Assembly (NCBI RefSeq): GCF_004010195.1
Contig: NC_057753.1
Coordinates: 10,698,135 to 10,762,134, forward strand
Length of the DNA: 64,000 bases
Direction of reading: 5' to 3'
Origin: Chiloscyllium plagiosum
Taxonomy: Eukaryota
Shown here: positions 41,621-53,310 of the stretch, piece by piece
How positions within the stretch are numbered: position 1 is the first letter of the stretch
Layout of the letters: every line of letters starts with the position of its first letter
The notes under the pieces: generated by a model
The model's database searches: none
What the model was told of the DNA's origin: nothing
Seen by the model: only the letters and a program-made list of their open reading frames with translations
Made by a program: the position numbers and the translations under genes

Positions 41621-41694
41621 TAATAGAAGGTGAAAAACAGTAGGTATGAGGCTTTTACAACAGTGAATAATGTCAGATATACACCACATGAAGT

Positions 41695-41988
41695 AGATTA
41701 GATTAGATTACTTACAGTGTGGAAACAGGCCCTTCGGCCCAACAAGTCCACACCGACCCGCCGAAGCGCAACCCAGCCATACCCCTACATTTACCCCTTA
41801 CCTAACACTACGGGCAATTTAGCATGGCCAATTCACCTGACCTGCACATCTTTGGACTGTGGGAGGAAACCGGGGGACCCGGAGGAAACCCACGCAGACA
41901 CTGGGAGACTATGCAAACTCCACAGTCAGTCGCCTGAGGCGGGAATTGCTGGCGCTGTGAGGCAGCAGTGCTAACCACGGTGCCGCCC
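41695..41988 (-). mobile_element. V-SINE
   Basis: Full body on the minus strand with (TCTAA)n tail. Confidence 0.85.
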
Positions 41989-42029
41989 AAATATATGTAC
42001 ATTTTATATCAATTTTAAATGCTGCACCG

Positions 42030-42730
42030 TTCCATGAGAAACTACCCTTTTTAATTATGAACATGAGAAAAGAAGCAATCATTTTCCAAGGTGCAAATTG
42101 TATTCGAATAAACATGTCAAACTGAGGGGAAAATGAAATAACCTTTCATTTCTCTGAGGGACAAAGAGCATCTGAGCACCTTTTGCAGAGTCCGCTCCCT
42201 CTCTGGATTCCCTCCAGTTGCACAAAAGTGTATGCCTGTGCCCTCGCCCGAGGAGTGGAAAGGGGGAGACATTGCTTTGTCCCCCGATGTTACCCAGATG
42301 TTACTCTGAAACTGACAGGTAATCTTCGGCATTGTGACGTCTACAATGGGGGGCGGGGACTTCCTGAAGGAGTCAATAGGAGCCGCGGTGCCGGCCGGTG
42401 ATGTCCCCGTGTTCCAAATAGCCCTGGCGTCAGCCGCCCGGGGATTGACCCATTGACTCTCTGGAGGACCGGGAGAAGCCTGGTCCTCCTGTCAATCAGA
42501 GCTCGCGGAAGTTGGACCATGCGCTTCTGAAGCTGCTGGCGCTTGTCTCTCTCAATGAAGATTGAGTTTCGCCCCAGGCTGCGAATTTCTTCCTCTGGAC
42601 ATCATTTGTGAATACAACACTCTCTTTTCTCATCCCGGTTTCCCTTTTTTTTTCATTCTGGGTTCCATTGTTGGCTTGCAGGAGCTCAAAGGAAATGAAT
42701 CCAGGGAGAGGGGCAGACTGGAAAGATTGG
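42030..42730. promoter_or_regulatory. Head-to-head pair of ZNF 5' modules around a CpG-rich core (possible bidirectional promoter)
   Basis: 42030-42350 is the reverse complement of the 30230-30570 module, and 42460-42730 resembles 23080-23360. GC box GGGGCGGGG and ETS-like ACTTCCTG lie at 42350-42366. Confidence 0.45.
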
Positions 42731-42879
42731 CTTGGTTTCTCTATTGAAGACAGTGACAGGTTTTGCTTCCTTCACTTGGCAGATTCATTTGTTCTGTTAA
42801 TGCTCTCAATTAAAGGCTTCCCGAAGAAATGGTTAGCATTTACCAGCACGGCAAATTATAATTAGTTACAGTTATAGAG

Positions 42880-43470
42880 TCGTAGTCACAAAGTCACGCA
42901 GCACAGAAACAGACTTTTCAGTCCATACCGAACATAATCACAAACTAAACCTGTCCTGCCTGCTGCTGGCCCATATCCCTCCAAACCTTTCCTATTCATG
43001 TACCTACCCAAACTTATTTTAAATGTTGTAATTGTACCAGTATCTACTACTTCCTCAGCAAGTTAATTCTACATGTGAACCACCCTCTATGTAAACAAAT
43101 TTGGCCCTCGTCCTTTTTAGATCTCTCTCTTCTCACATTAAAAATGTGCTCCCTAGTCGTGAAATTGCCCATCCTATCTATACCTCTCATTATTTTATGA
43201 ACTTCTCACCTTGCAACCTCCTACACTCCTACACTCCAGTGAAAAAAGGCCCAATCTATCCAGCCTCTCTTCATACCTTCCTGATAGGTTTCCTCAGAAC
43301 TCTCTCCAGTTTGATAATATCCTTCCAGTAACTGGGTGACTAGAACTGGATACAGTACTCCAGAAGAGGCCTTACCAATGTCCTGTAGAACCTCGACATA
43401 ACGTCCCAACTCTGTATACCCAAAGGACTGAATAGTGAAGGCAAGTACGCCAAATGCCTTTTTAAGTACT
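42880..43470 (-). mobile_element. CR1 3' fragment
   Basis: CR1 tail and KKAFGVLAF motif. Confidence 0.7.
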
Positions 43471-43612
43471 GTGTGTAATGCAAACTTCAACTTGGACTTT
43501 GCTGACGAAAGGCACACTGTTCAACTTCAACTTCTTGTCTTGCTGTGATCAGCTTAGTTGGAAGGTACTAAATGTCAAAAGGGCTGATATTGTGCAAGAG
43601 GCATGTTGATAA

Positions 43613-44196
43613 TGTTAGAAACAAAATTCAATAAAATTTAAACGAGACCACCAAAACTGGAAACAAAACAATTTATTCTACGATCTTGCAAGAAAGGACC
43701 CCAATTGCAGAGAGCAATTGAAGCGATGATTATTCAAACTACTACACAGTTATACTTTTGAGCTGCATGAGGTCACCTCTCCCGACTCCTGCATTACCCA
43801 ATCTCTCTTAGTATTTTGCCTCTGCCCATCTATGCTCCACGCCCATTGCCCCCTTCCCCAGGTTGGCAACCTTCCTCTCTGTAAGTGCTGTCGACAGTAC
43901 ATCAAGATCTGGTTTAACATTTTGTATCAATTCTGCTGGTACATTCCATCCTCGGACATTTCATTAACTTGTATCATTTTGTATAACTCAAGCATTTCGG
44001 TTATCTCAGCTTTTTGCTGAAAACATAATTTTTAAAAAGAATTATTTGCTATAATAATTACACACCAAAGTTAGTATTTAATTAACCACAATTAGAGATA
44101 CTCTTCCCTAAATACCTGCAGAGTTAATAGTTCTCTTGCTGTACCCCCTTTCTGTATGCTTATCTGCAAAAACAACACTTTTCCCTATTTCTAACA
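43613..44196 (-). mobile_element. Solo LTR
   Basis: Termini TGTTAGAAA...TTTCTAACA (9-bp inverted), TSD ATAA on both sides, and AATAAA on the minus strand near 43675. Confidence 0.8.
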
Positions 44197-44737
44197 ATAA
44201 TGATTGGTCTTAAAGTGGATTCTGGTCAACACTTTGCCATCGAGAATATACCAGGGAACAGTGTACAGTATTTCCAAGTTTCACATCATCTGTAAACTTT
44301 CCAGTTGTGCACTGGGGTGTAGAAGAATGAGAGGTGACCTTATTTAGACCAATAAAATGCTGAGATGGGGGGGGGAGGAACTTGTCAGGGTAGATTCGGA
44401 CAAAATGCTTCCTTGTCAGAAAATCTAGAACTTCATGAGCCAGCTTACTAATAAAGGGATCCCATTTTAGGCAGAGATGAAGAATTTATTCTCTTGTTAG
44501 TTTCTGCCGTGCTCCCCCACAGGGAAAAATTGAGACAAAACTCTTTGAATGTATTCAAGGCTGAATTGAAGAGAATTTTGAGTGACAAGGGAATGAAAGG
44601 TTATGGAGAACAGGCAGGAAATGGAGTTAAGGCCACAGCAGCACAGATATGATCTTCTTGAATTGCAGAGCAATCCTGATGAATGGCAGTGGCAAGAAAC
44701 TGAACATGTTCTGTGCGTGAGTGGTCCTTCATTGTGG

Positions 44738-45307
44738 GGAAATGTGGGGACTGCGGGAAGGTATTCAAATTCCTGTCCTTTCTCAAACGCCATCAGTGCA
44801 GGCACACCAGGGAGAAACCGTTCACCTGCTCCGTGTGCGGGAAGACGTTCATTCATTTATCCACCCAGGTGACCCACCAGCAAGAGACCGTTCACCTGCT
44901 CCGTGTGCGACAAGGGGTTCAGTCAGTCATCTGCCCTGCTGACACACCGGCACATTCACACCAAGCAGAGGCCGTTTTCCTGCTCCATGTGCGGGAAGGC
45001 GTTTACCCAGTCATCTGCCCTGCTGACACACCAGCGCATCCACACCAAGGAGAGGCCATTTCTCTGCTCCATGTGTGGGAAGGCGTTTACCCAGTCATCT
45101 GCCCTGCTGACGCACCGGCGCATCCACACCAAGGGGAGGCCGTTTTCCTGCTCCATGTGCGGGAAGAGGTTCAATAATTCATCCGCCCTGCGGAGACACC
45201 AACGGGTCCACACCGGGGAGAGGCCATTCATCTGCTCTCAGTGCGGGAATGGCTTCACCCGCTCCTCCCATCTGCAGAAACACCAGCGAGTTCACGTGGC
45301 ATTGTAG
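44738..45307 (+). pseudogene. C2H2 ZNF, about 7 fingers, frameshift after finger 2
   Basis: KCGDCGKVF..H and CSVCGKTF.., then a shifted frame with five fingers ending [15 protein letters not shown]. Confidence 0.8.
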
Positions 45308-45367
45308 GGGGATTGAAGGATCGAAGGCTAAGTGCCATTATTGACTGGACTAGAATCCAGTTCTGGG

Positions 45368-46335
45368 TGTTAACTCAGAAATTCTCAGACCACAAGTAAG
45401 TTACAAAAAAGCACACATTATTAGATTAGATTAGATTACATTACAGTGTGGAAACAGGCCCTTCGGCCCAACAAGTCCACACCGACCCGCCGAAGCGCAA
45501 CCCACCCATACCCGTACATTTACCCCTTACCTAACACTACGGGCAATTTAGCATGGCCAATTCACCTAACCTGCACATCTTTGGACTATGGGAGGAAACC
45601 GGAGCACCCGGAGGAAACCCACGCAGACACGGGGAGAACGTGCAAACTCCACACAGTCAGTCGCCTGAGGCGGGAATTGAACCCGGTTCTCTGGTGCTGT
45701 GAGGCAGCAGTGCTAACCACTGTGTCACCGTGCCGCCACCGTGCCACCACCGTGCCGCCCACAATCGCTCACCAGCTTAATTATTGTAATTAAGCTGGTG
45801 AGCGATTAATAGTTAATATTCCAGAGTATCAGACATAGATATCCCTGAAAATGCTAATAACATATCTCTAAATCTTAGTAAAGAGACAGCATAATTTATA
45901 CCCTTGATGTGCGTTATTAACTTATTTTCTCATTCTCACCATATAATGTTCCTTTATTAATTAGGTTTTCATTAGATAATCAAGAAATTTAGTGTTGCTA
46001 AGCAAAGCTGCTGACATGTTTTCATTTGCGTCACTGCATGTGAACCAGATAATGAATGCTTTCAGCATTGTTTCCCATAGGTTAAACTAAAGCCATTTAT
46101 GTGACATTATTTACGTCAGTTATAGATTAATACCTTAGCTACAATCTGTATTGTAGCTATTTTGTTATAGCAACTGTCATGGGAAAAAGAAAACGCTAGC
46201 TTTTGCCAAAATTCGTGCATTCCTTAATGCGTTCCCATGGTTGCTGAGCTTGGCCATTTTAAAAGTCAAGTTATTATTTCAAAATGGCAACTTACAAAAT
46301 GGAGAATCTTAATTATTTCCCCCAATATTTTATCA
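45368..46335 (-). mobile_element. Putative 3' LTR of the ERV, containing a V-SINE at 45421-45760
   Basis: On the minus strand a polypurine tract AAAAGGAAGGAA (46347-46336) just after env is followed by TG. Similarity to the ZNF 3' flank breaks at TG 45368. Confidence 0.5.
45421..45760 (-). mobile_element. Full-length young V-SINE with reiterated 5' end
   Basis: Complete SINE; the caccgtgcc unit is repeated three times at the head. Confidence 0.9.
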
Positions 46336-46375
46336 TTCCTTCCTTTTGATCATTTCACGATCAATCAGGCCATTT

Positions 46376-47185
46376 CTACAGGTTACAACAAATGCATCTT
46401 GACATCAGAGACCACAAGTATTTGAATAAGAGAATGCAGATAATTACAGGAAGAATAATAGTGCCAAAATGAGGAAAAAAAGCTCCGATATTTCCAAAGA
46501 AGTCCTTAAATGGCCACCATCCTGTGAGACTACCCATCTCCCCATAAGTCATATTTTCAAGTTTCTGAACTTCCAGGATAATGTGCCTTGAGAGATCAGT
46601 GATGTTGGAGGATTGGTCAGGAACGTAAGTACAGCATTCCTTTCCTACAATGGCACATGCCCCACCTTCTGTAGCCGATAGAAAGTCCAAGGCAAAATTA
46701 TTCTGAAGGGCTACTGTTCTGATTGTGACCATTTGTGCATTGATATTAGCCAGGGCATTTGCTGTATTATTGGTGACAATTTCCAGTATTATTCTTCATT
46801 TGCTTAATTCAGAGCCCTGAAAATGAAAGCATTATTGGAGGAGAGCCATTCCAATAAATGAGAAGAGAGCAGAGAGGTACCTCTTGGTCCTCAGGAGTGA
46901 AGGCAACCTGTCTAAGAGGAACAACATACTCTTTTACATCATCCCCACCAGTCTGGAGGGAGCCATGGATAGGCCTTGAGTCTACAAACAAAATGGATGC
47001 CATTATAGGCAGTTAAGCGAGAATATCCATCTTCCCATGCCCTGGAAATAGAGCCCTTCCAAAGGGATCCTTATGTTAAGGACTAAGGATCAATTAAATA
47101 GTAAAAAACCAAATTTAGTCAAATTTTGATTAGGTTCAATCGATGGGTTAGTGAGAGAGTATCGACTGGTCCCCATACTACTCCC
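46376..47185 (-). pseudogene. env: ERV env 3' half (SU end plus TM), disrupted
   Basis: FVCRLKAYPWLPPDWWG, furin site RTKR (46891-46880), hydrophobic fusion peptide, ISD-like LQNNFALDFL, CAIVGKECC (CX6CC) and a TM helix. In-frame stops are present. Confidence 0.9.
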
Positions 47186-47211
47186 CGGCGGGAATAACTA
47201 TGACTCTCTTA
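47186..47211 (+). rRNA. 26-nt 28S rRNA fragment (sequence upstream of the R2 target site)
   Basis: CGGCGGGAATAACTATGACTCTCTTA versus conserved 28S CGGCGGGAGTAACTATGACTCTCTTAAGG: 1 mismatch. Confidence 0.9.
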
Positions 47212-47337
47212 GACAAACTTAGTCTTAGTTGCCGACTATGACATTTTCACATATTTTTGGCGCATAGTTTGTGTCGTGCCTCCCCATTGGCCCTGCCAGT
47301 AAGCGCAGTCATCCTGGCTACTGGGTGACCAAACGAC
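47187..47337 (+). ncRNA. HDV-like self-cleaving ribozyme at the R2 5' end (probably mutated)
   Basis: Hand fold: P1 GGCGGG(47187-92)/CCTGCC(47292-97); P2 GTCGT(47273-77)/ACGAC(47333-37); P3 GCC(47278-80)/GGC(47289-91) with loop TCCCCATT; P4 GTCATCC(47308-14)/GGGTGAC(47323-29); catalytic-position C47330 followed by AA. Confidence 0.8.
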
Positions 47338-50300
47338 CAGAAAAAGTATGAGATGGCCGTGGTCCACGCAGACCTGATCTCAAATAAATTATGAGTCTTC
47401 CATTATCTATGAAGCAGTCCGGCTGGGAAGCGTCCTGGAAAAACAACCTCCCCGCAGCCTCGTCCGCAACTGCGAGCTGTGATAAGTCATTAAGTTGTGC
47501 ATGTTTAAAACCCGCAACAAGGTTCAAACCGAGACAAGGACCTTGAGACGATATCTCCTACCTTACATGGAGCTGAGACCGGACACCCCTCTCAGGGAGC
47601 CGGCTTGCCTAGTAACAGATGACCCAGATAACGTTGAAGAAGGTACCGTAAGTGCGGCCCACCCTACAGATGAGACAAGCATAACCAGCCAAACCTTCTA
47701 CAACAGAAGTTATAAAGACTCAATACACGGCACAGACTACAAAACGACTATAAACAAAACCAGTAAGGAAACAACCGAGACAACTGCCTTCATGGAAGGA
47801 GTTGTTATCGAGCCAGTATATGACAGAACATCTGTCCTGGAGGTAATTATCCACTACCCCGTCGATGGGCTGTTCCCCACGGTGAGCCTGTTCAAGATTC
47901 ATTTGACTAAAGTGCACAGAGTAAAGAATGTTCGAACAAAATGTTCACGCTGCGACAAAGCAGGAGAATACCATGCAATCGCCTGCCACTATCCAAAATA
48001 CAAAGGCAAAAAACAACCCCCAACAGGGGACTTTGCGTGCAGCGCGTGTGACCAACGGTTTTCTACTCAGTCGGGCCTTGGTCAACACGAGAGGCACAGA
48101 CACCCGATTCTAGGGAACGAGAAACGCCTCAAACCTGCACCCAAAGTCAAGGGCAAACCTGGGAGAAGTGATCGCGTATGGTCACAGGAGGAGGTGGCAC
48201 TCCTGAGGGAACTAGAAGTGAGATTTGCAGGATGCAAGTTTATAAATAAATCCATCGCCAGCATCCGTAAAACAAAAACCCCGAAATAAATCTCAGATAA
48301 ACGCAGACTCCTGGCAAACACCCCGACGGAGGTCCCGCCCCTAAACGAGTCCATAGACTTGCCTGAATCAGAGGCAGAGAGTATCCAGGAAAATTCCAAC
48401 GATCTCAACCTGCGCCAAAGAGCCAGCTGAAGAACACCGGCTTCGATCCCTAAACATAGGGACATAGATGACCAGCTTACACAGGCTGAGGAGCTCTTGA
48501 GCGCGAGGAATGACCCGGATCCCCTTGCCCTCGGGATTGGACTAGTGGAAAGTATTACTCACCTGCTAATGAATAGTAGGAAAGGACAGAGCAAACGCAA
48601 GAGGCCTCAACAAGATCGGGCCAAAAGAGACAGAAAGACAGGTAGCAATACCGGAGCCAAAATACGGTGGGCAGCATGTAGAGCGCTGTCTAGAGCGACA
48701 CAGCAGCTCTACAAAACTAACTGGCGCCAACTAGCTCGTGAGATCATGGGGGCACCGACCTCATCCACTTGTCCTCTCTCAAAAGAGGAATTGGAGACTT
48801 GTTTCCATGCGAAACTGTCAGCACCAAACCAAAAATTAAACATAAATGTGTATGCCTCATACACTGGTAAAGTTGATGACAGGTCCTTGATGAAACCTAT
48901 AGAAGTGGAAGAGGTTGAAGCAGCCATCAAGCGGATAGATGAGTGCAGTGCCGCTGGACCAGACGGCCTGAAACTGCAGGACATAAGAACAATCCATGAA
49001 CAAGAGGAAACTCATCTACCCCACCTCTTCTCCCTATGGAGCACGATAGTCAAGCACGATACCTGATTCACTAAGAAAGAGTCGAACGGTCCTGATTCCT
49101 AAGTGCAAGGATAAGGACCGCCTGAAAAGCATTGACAACTGGCGACCAATAACTATTGGTCCAATGCTGCTGCGACTGTTCATGAAAATAATGGCAAAAT
49201 GCCTTAGTGAAACAGTCAAAATAAACCCCAGGCAAAAGGGGTTCCTTGCGTCCGGGAGTGGCTGCTATGAAAACATTGTCATCCTTGAAAAAATCATTAA
49301 GGGAGCAAAACATAATCGCAAGGACCTCGCAGTTGTCTTTGTCAATTTGGCGAAAGCGTTCGACTCAGTTGGGTACAAACTATTGATCAAATCCTTGCAA
49401 AGAGTGAACCTCCCCAAAGCCTTTAAGCCTCACCGTAGACCTCTACACTGGCAACACAACAGTGGTGGGAGGGAACAGAAACTTTACCACCCCAGTGAAC
49501 ATTGAGAGGGGCGTAAAACAAGGTGACCCGTTCTCGCCAATACTATTTAACATTGCTTTGGATCCGTTGGTATGCTCTCTGGAGAGGGCCAACTCAGGGG
49601 TCACCATGCCCCTGGACGGCAGAAGAGTCGACTTTGGCCTTCACGGATGACATTGCCCTTCTAAGCGACTCACACACCGGAATGGCAAGGAATCTGAAGC
49701 TGCTCCAGACATACTGTGACCATACAGGCTTCAGTATTAACATAGCGAAGACGAAGGGATTCCACTTTACATTTAAAAGGAAGACCTTCTTATACAACCA
49801 CTTCACAAACTGGAAGCTGCAGGATGAATCCATAGCCTACATACCCCCAGGTGACACAACGAAGTACCTGTGTCACCCGTGGGCAGGTGTGGCAGAAAGG
49901 GAGTGGGAAGAGAAGCTTAAGTCCTGGGTTAAAGGAGTACAGGCAGCACCACTCCGACCACGACAACGGCTGGAAATCCTGAAAACACGTCATCCCCAGA
50001 CTGTATTTCCATCTCATCCTATCAGAGGCATCTCAGGCAACCCTCACTAAACTGGACCAAATAATCTGTAACACCACCAAAGAATTCCTACACCTACCAC
50101 CTCCTACCGCTGACGGAGTCCTGTATACCAGCAACAGGAATGGCAGTCTAGGTGTCCCAAAACTGGAAGTGCAGATTCCATCCGTCATTGTCCGCAAATG
50201 CGAGGCACTTGAGATGTCCAGTGATGTGGTCATTCGGGCCTCCTTTCAGTATAAAGGAGAGAGCAACACAGAGACCGTTGCGGGACTGTGAGAGCCCAAG

Positions 50301-51431
50301 GTCCTTTAAAAAAACTGAAAATTTCCAACCCAGTGGCAAGGAGGAAATGGACCCAATGACCATCATCAAAGACATCATGTCAGCACTCCAGGCGGCAGAC
50401 GCTGGGCGACAGAAACAGCCCAACAGGTATGCAGGTTGGAGGGAATGGGAATTCGAAAAGTGGCAAAATCTGGAATGTCAAAGGGCAGACATCCAGTACT
50501 TTAGAGATGACAAGATCTCTAACTCGTGGACAAAAGCAGCAATACAACAAAAATCCTCTAGGTTCATAAACACCTTGCTCTTGCGGTGAATCTATACGCA
50601 ACGAGTTACACTATCTAGAGGAAGGCCAAACCAAAATAAACTTTGCCGAAGGTGGGAGACGGCAATCGAGACCATCTCACACATCTCAGGATGCTGTCCA
50701 TTTGTAAAAAATGCTCGCATAAAACACCATAACAAGATCGCTGACCAGTTGCAAAAACATGTCAGTAAGTACGACTGGACATTGTACGTGGAGCTCAGAT
50801 TGGTCACAAAAGATGGCTCTCTATGGAAACCCGATCTCATATTTAAAAAAGAGCAGAAGATCGCAGTAGTAGATGTCACAGTGCGGTACAAGAATGACAG
50901 TAAAGCATTGGAAACAGCATGGCGGGAAAAAAGTGACAAATATAAACCCCTAAATGCCGAGGTCATGGAATTGACGGGGGGCACGGACCCCAAATACTTT
51001 GGCTTCGTGATGGGTCCATGAGGCAAGTGGCTGGGCCTGAATAACTGCCTCATGAAATTCCTCGGCATCGAGAAATTTGAGACATTCGCCCAAAAGACAT
51101 CAAGACTCACTTTGTCACTGACACTCGAATTATTACAACTCCTCAGTGACAAGTGAGCAAATAACCGCAGACTGTGATACACAATCTTTCACCGAGACAA
51201 GGATCGGCTAACCCCCACCAAAAAAATGATTAAAAAATTAAAAAAATGGGGGGGGCGCCGATCCACCAACACCAACATCATTAGGTCGTAGACCCTACTA
51301 ATTGACAAAAAACACCCGAGCCTCATATAACACCAGTACCACCTGGCCCTTGATCTGTGGTGATGCTGGAGAGTACAAAACATCGAGCGATGTAAAGACT
51401 CGGTAAAGGCACTCCTCTGAGTGTTTCAAAA

Positions 51432-51900
51432 TAAGCCTCTGGAGAAATTCCCATCTTTACTAAAGAAAATAGTATTATAAAGGACTACTAGGAAAGGGGG
51501 TATATGGGATCTGTTGTAGCCAGATTGGTACCAATCCCTGCATCGGGTCATTTTATGCCCTGCTGACTGCCATTCTTGTACTCCTTTCATTTTATCAGAA
51601 TCACCAGAAGAGTCCTGGAGTATTAGCCATTCTGCCACCTTGGGCCAGCTAGAGGAGACTGGCCACAGCGGGATACTCCCTGGGAATGGGGGCGGTACAT
51701 GAGCACATACCCAACAACCAATTACTTTTCCCATCGTTTGGGGCTCCTTTGATAAGCCAAATACAAAAAGGCATGATGATGTATAGATTGTCTTGGGCAC
51801 CCCCCCCAGGGAAAAATTAGTGTTAGCATGAAAGCCTTTGGCCCCCAAAATAAATCTCCTCAAAGTCACTGGTATCTAACGCATTTTTTCTTAGTCCTTG
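51432..51900 (-). pseudogene. env: ERV env 5' half (SU)
   Basis: Contains GCWVCAHVP (CXXC of gamma-type SU) and IPLWPV. Confidence 0.8.
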
Positions 51901-53310
51901 TCTGTTCCTTCACTGACAGTAAATACAGTCAGTTCGATGAATCCAGCAGAGTTGTCCTTGCACTTTCCCAGCCCTGGGGTTGGTCAGCAACACCTGAAAT
52001 GGTCCTTTTCACCTTGGCTCCAATTTTCCCTGGTCCCAGTTCTTAATCAGGACAAAATCTCCAGGTTTTACAGCAGGGTAGTCTCTCTAAAATGATAAGC
52101 TTGGCACACCTGTGAATATAAACTTTGAAAGGTTTTGGTTAACTTATGCAGATATTTTCCCACTTTTTCACCATTCGTAACGGTATTATCAGTTGTTGGG
52201 ATGGCTTTGATCCATCTACTAAATACAACTATTATTGCTTGACAATATTTATAACAATGTATTTGACAAAAATCAAGTATTCAACATGTAAAAGGCCCAT
52301 CAGGCAAGAATTTGCCTTTTTCCAAATGAGACGTGCTTTAGCTTGTTTCTCAGCAGCTTTCTGGAAATCTGGGTGCCGCCAGGTTTGTAACAAAGTACTA
52401 ACCATTGTTAGTACTTTGCCCAAGTGTGTACAGTTATGCACATCATCAATTAAGATACATAGGAGATAAGAAGGAATGCAAGCTTGTCCTGCATGGGTAA
52501 CCCACAGCTTTTGAGTATACGAGGCAGCACCCCATTTGAATCTACAGTTTGTGTTCCTCAGCAAGAGTTCCCCCCTGTAATTTTTGTATCTCGCCCAGGT
52601 CTGGCATACCCATCCTTATACTGTGTCTAACCAGGTTTTGCTGGGAACCCAATGGGACCAGAAGTTTAGGGTGTAAGGTTGTCTGTTTGACAGCAGCATC
52701 TACCCGCTCATTTCCTTTGGAGACCATCAGTTGCACCAGCGTGAGTTGAACATTTGATAACTGCCAGACTTGTTGGACAAAAACAGCATTACTACAGCCT
52801 GCCTCGTGGGCATTAAAATCCTCTGTGTTCCCCTAGACTCCGTAATCGTGGGCCACGCCAAAAGCACAACGAGGGTCAGTGTATATATATTTGCAGATTT
52901 TTCCCTTTGCTAGGATGCAAGCATGTTGATTCCCGCACCAGTTCCAAGGTAACGAGAAGGACACTTCGCTCTTCAGTGGCCATATCTCCCACAGTTAAAA
53001 CAAGGGCTTGCCATTTGTGCCTGGGGATTTTGCTGTCTTGTTATCAGTCCCAAAGGTGTCGTACTGGGGCCTGCCTGTCCCCCTTTCCAGGGCCCCCTTG
53101 CAAATGGGTTATGTGGTGGCTGTGGCTGGACTGGCATCTGAGGGAGGTTCTGCCTCCAGTGGATATCCTGATCCCAACCAGTTGGGGTTGGCACATGGGG
53201 TATATGGATCATGAGGTTGCTAAACATGCTCGGTTTTTACCTGTAACTTGAATCGCGGTTTGGGCTGGTTCTGGCGGTGGAAGGCCACCGCTCACCTCAT
53301 TAGTGACCGG
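51900..53310 (-). mobile_element. Internally deleted ERV gag-pol remnants
   Basis: Gag zinc knuckle CFNCGRYGH (about 53000-52975). RNase H IYTDPRCAFGVAHDYG and GNERVDAAVK. Integrase N-terminal VHNCTHLG..WRHP. Protease and RT are absent. Confidence 0.8.

Larger units (their letters stand above)
47186..51431 (+). mobile_element. Full-length decayed R2 non-LTR retrotransposon, likely the three-zinc-finger R2-A lineage
   Basis: N-terminal Zn motifs (HLTKVH; CSRC..HAIACH; CSAC..HERHRH) and Myb-like WSQEEVALL. RT motifs WRPITIG, RQKGF, LAKAFDSV, GVKQGDPFSP, AFTDD. C-terminal CRR..ETISHISGCC and restriction-like endonuclease KPDL..VVDVTVRY..KSDKY. Stop near 51156, with multiple frameshifts and stops. 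Confidence 0.93.

Noticed and set aside
46376..46732. Domesticated syncytin-like env
   Set aside because: The env has stops and frameshifts and is split by R2.
47186..47211. An rDNA locus
   Set aside because: Only 26 nt of 28S are present and both flanks are env.
47495..48289. Another host ZNF gene
   Set aside because: The fingers are followed by Myb-like, RT and RLE motifs, so this is the R2 N-terminus.
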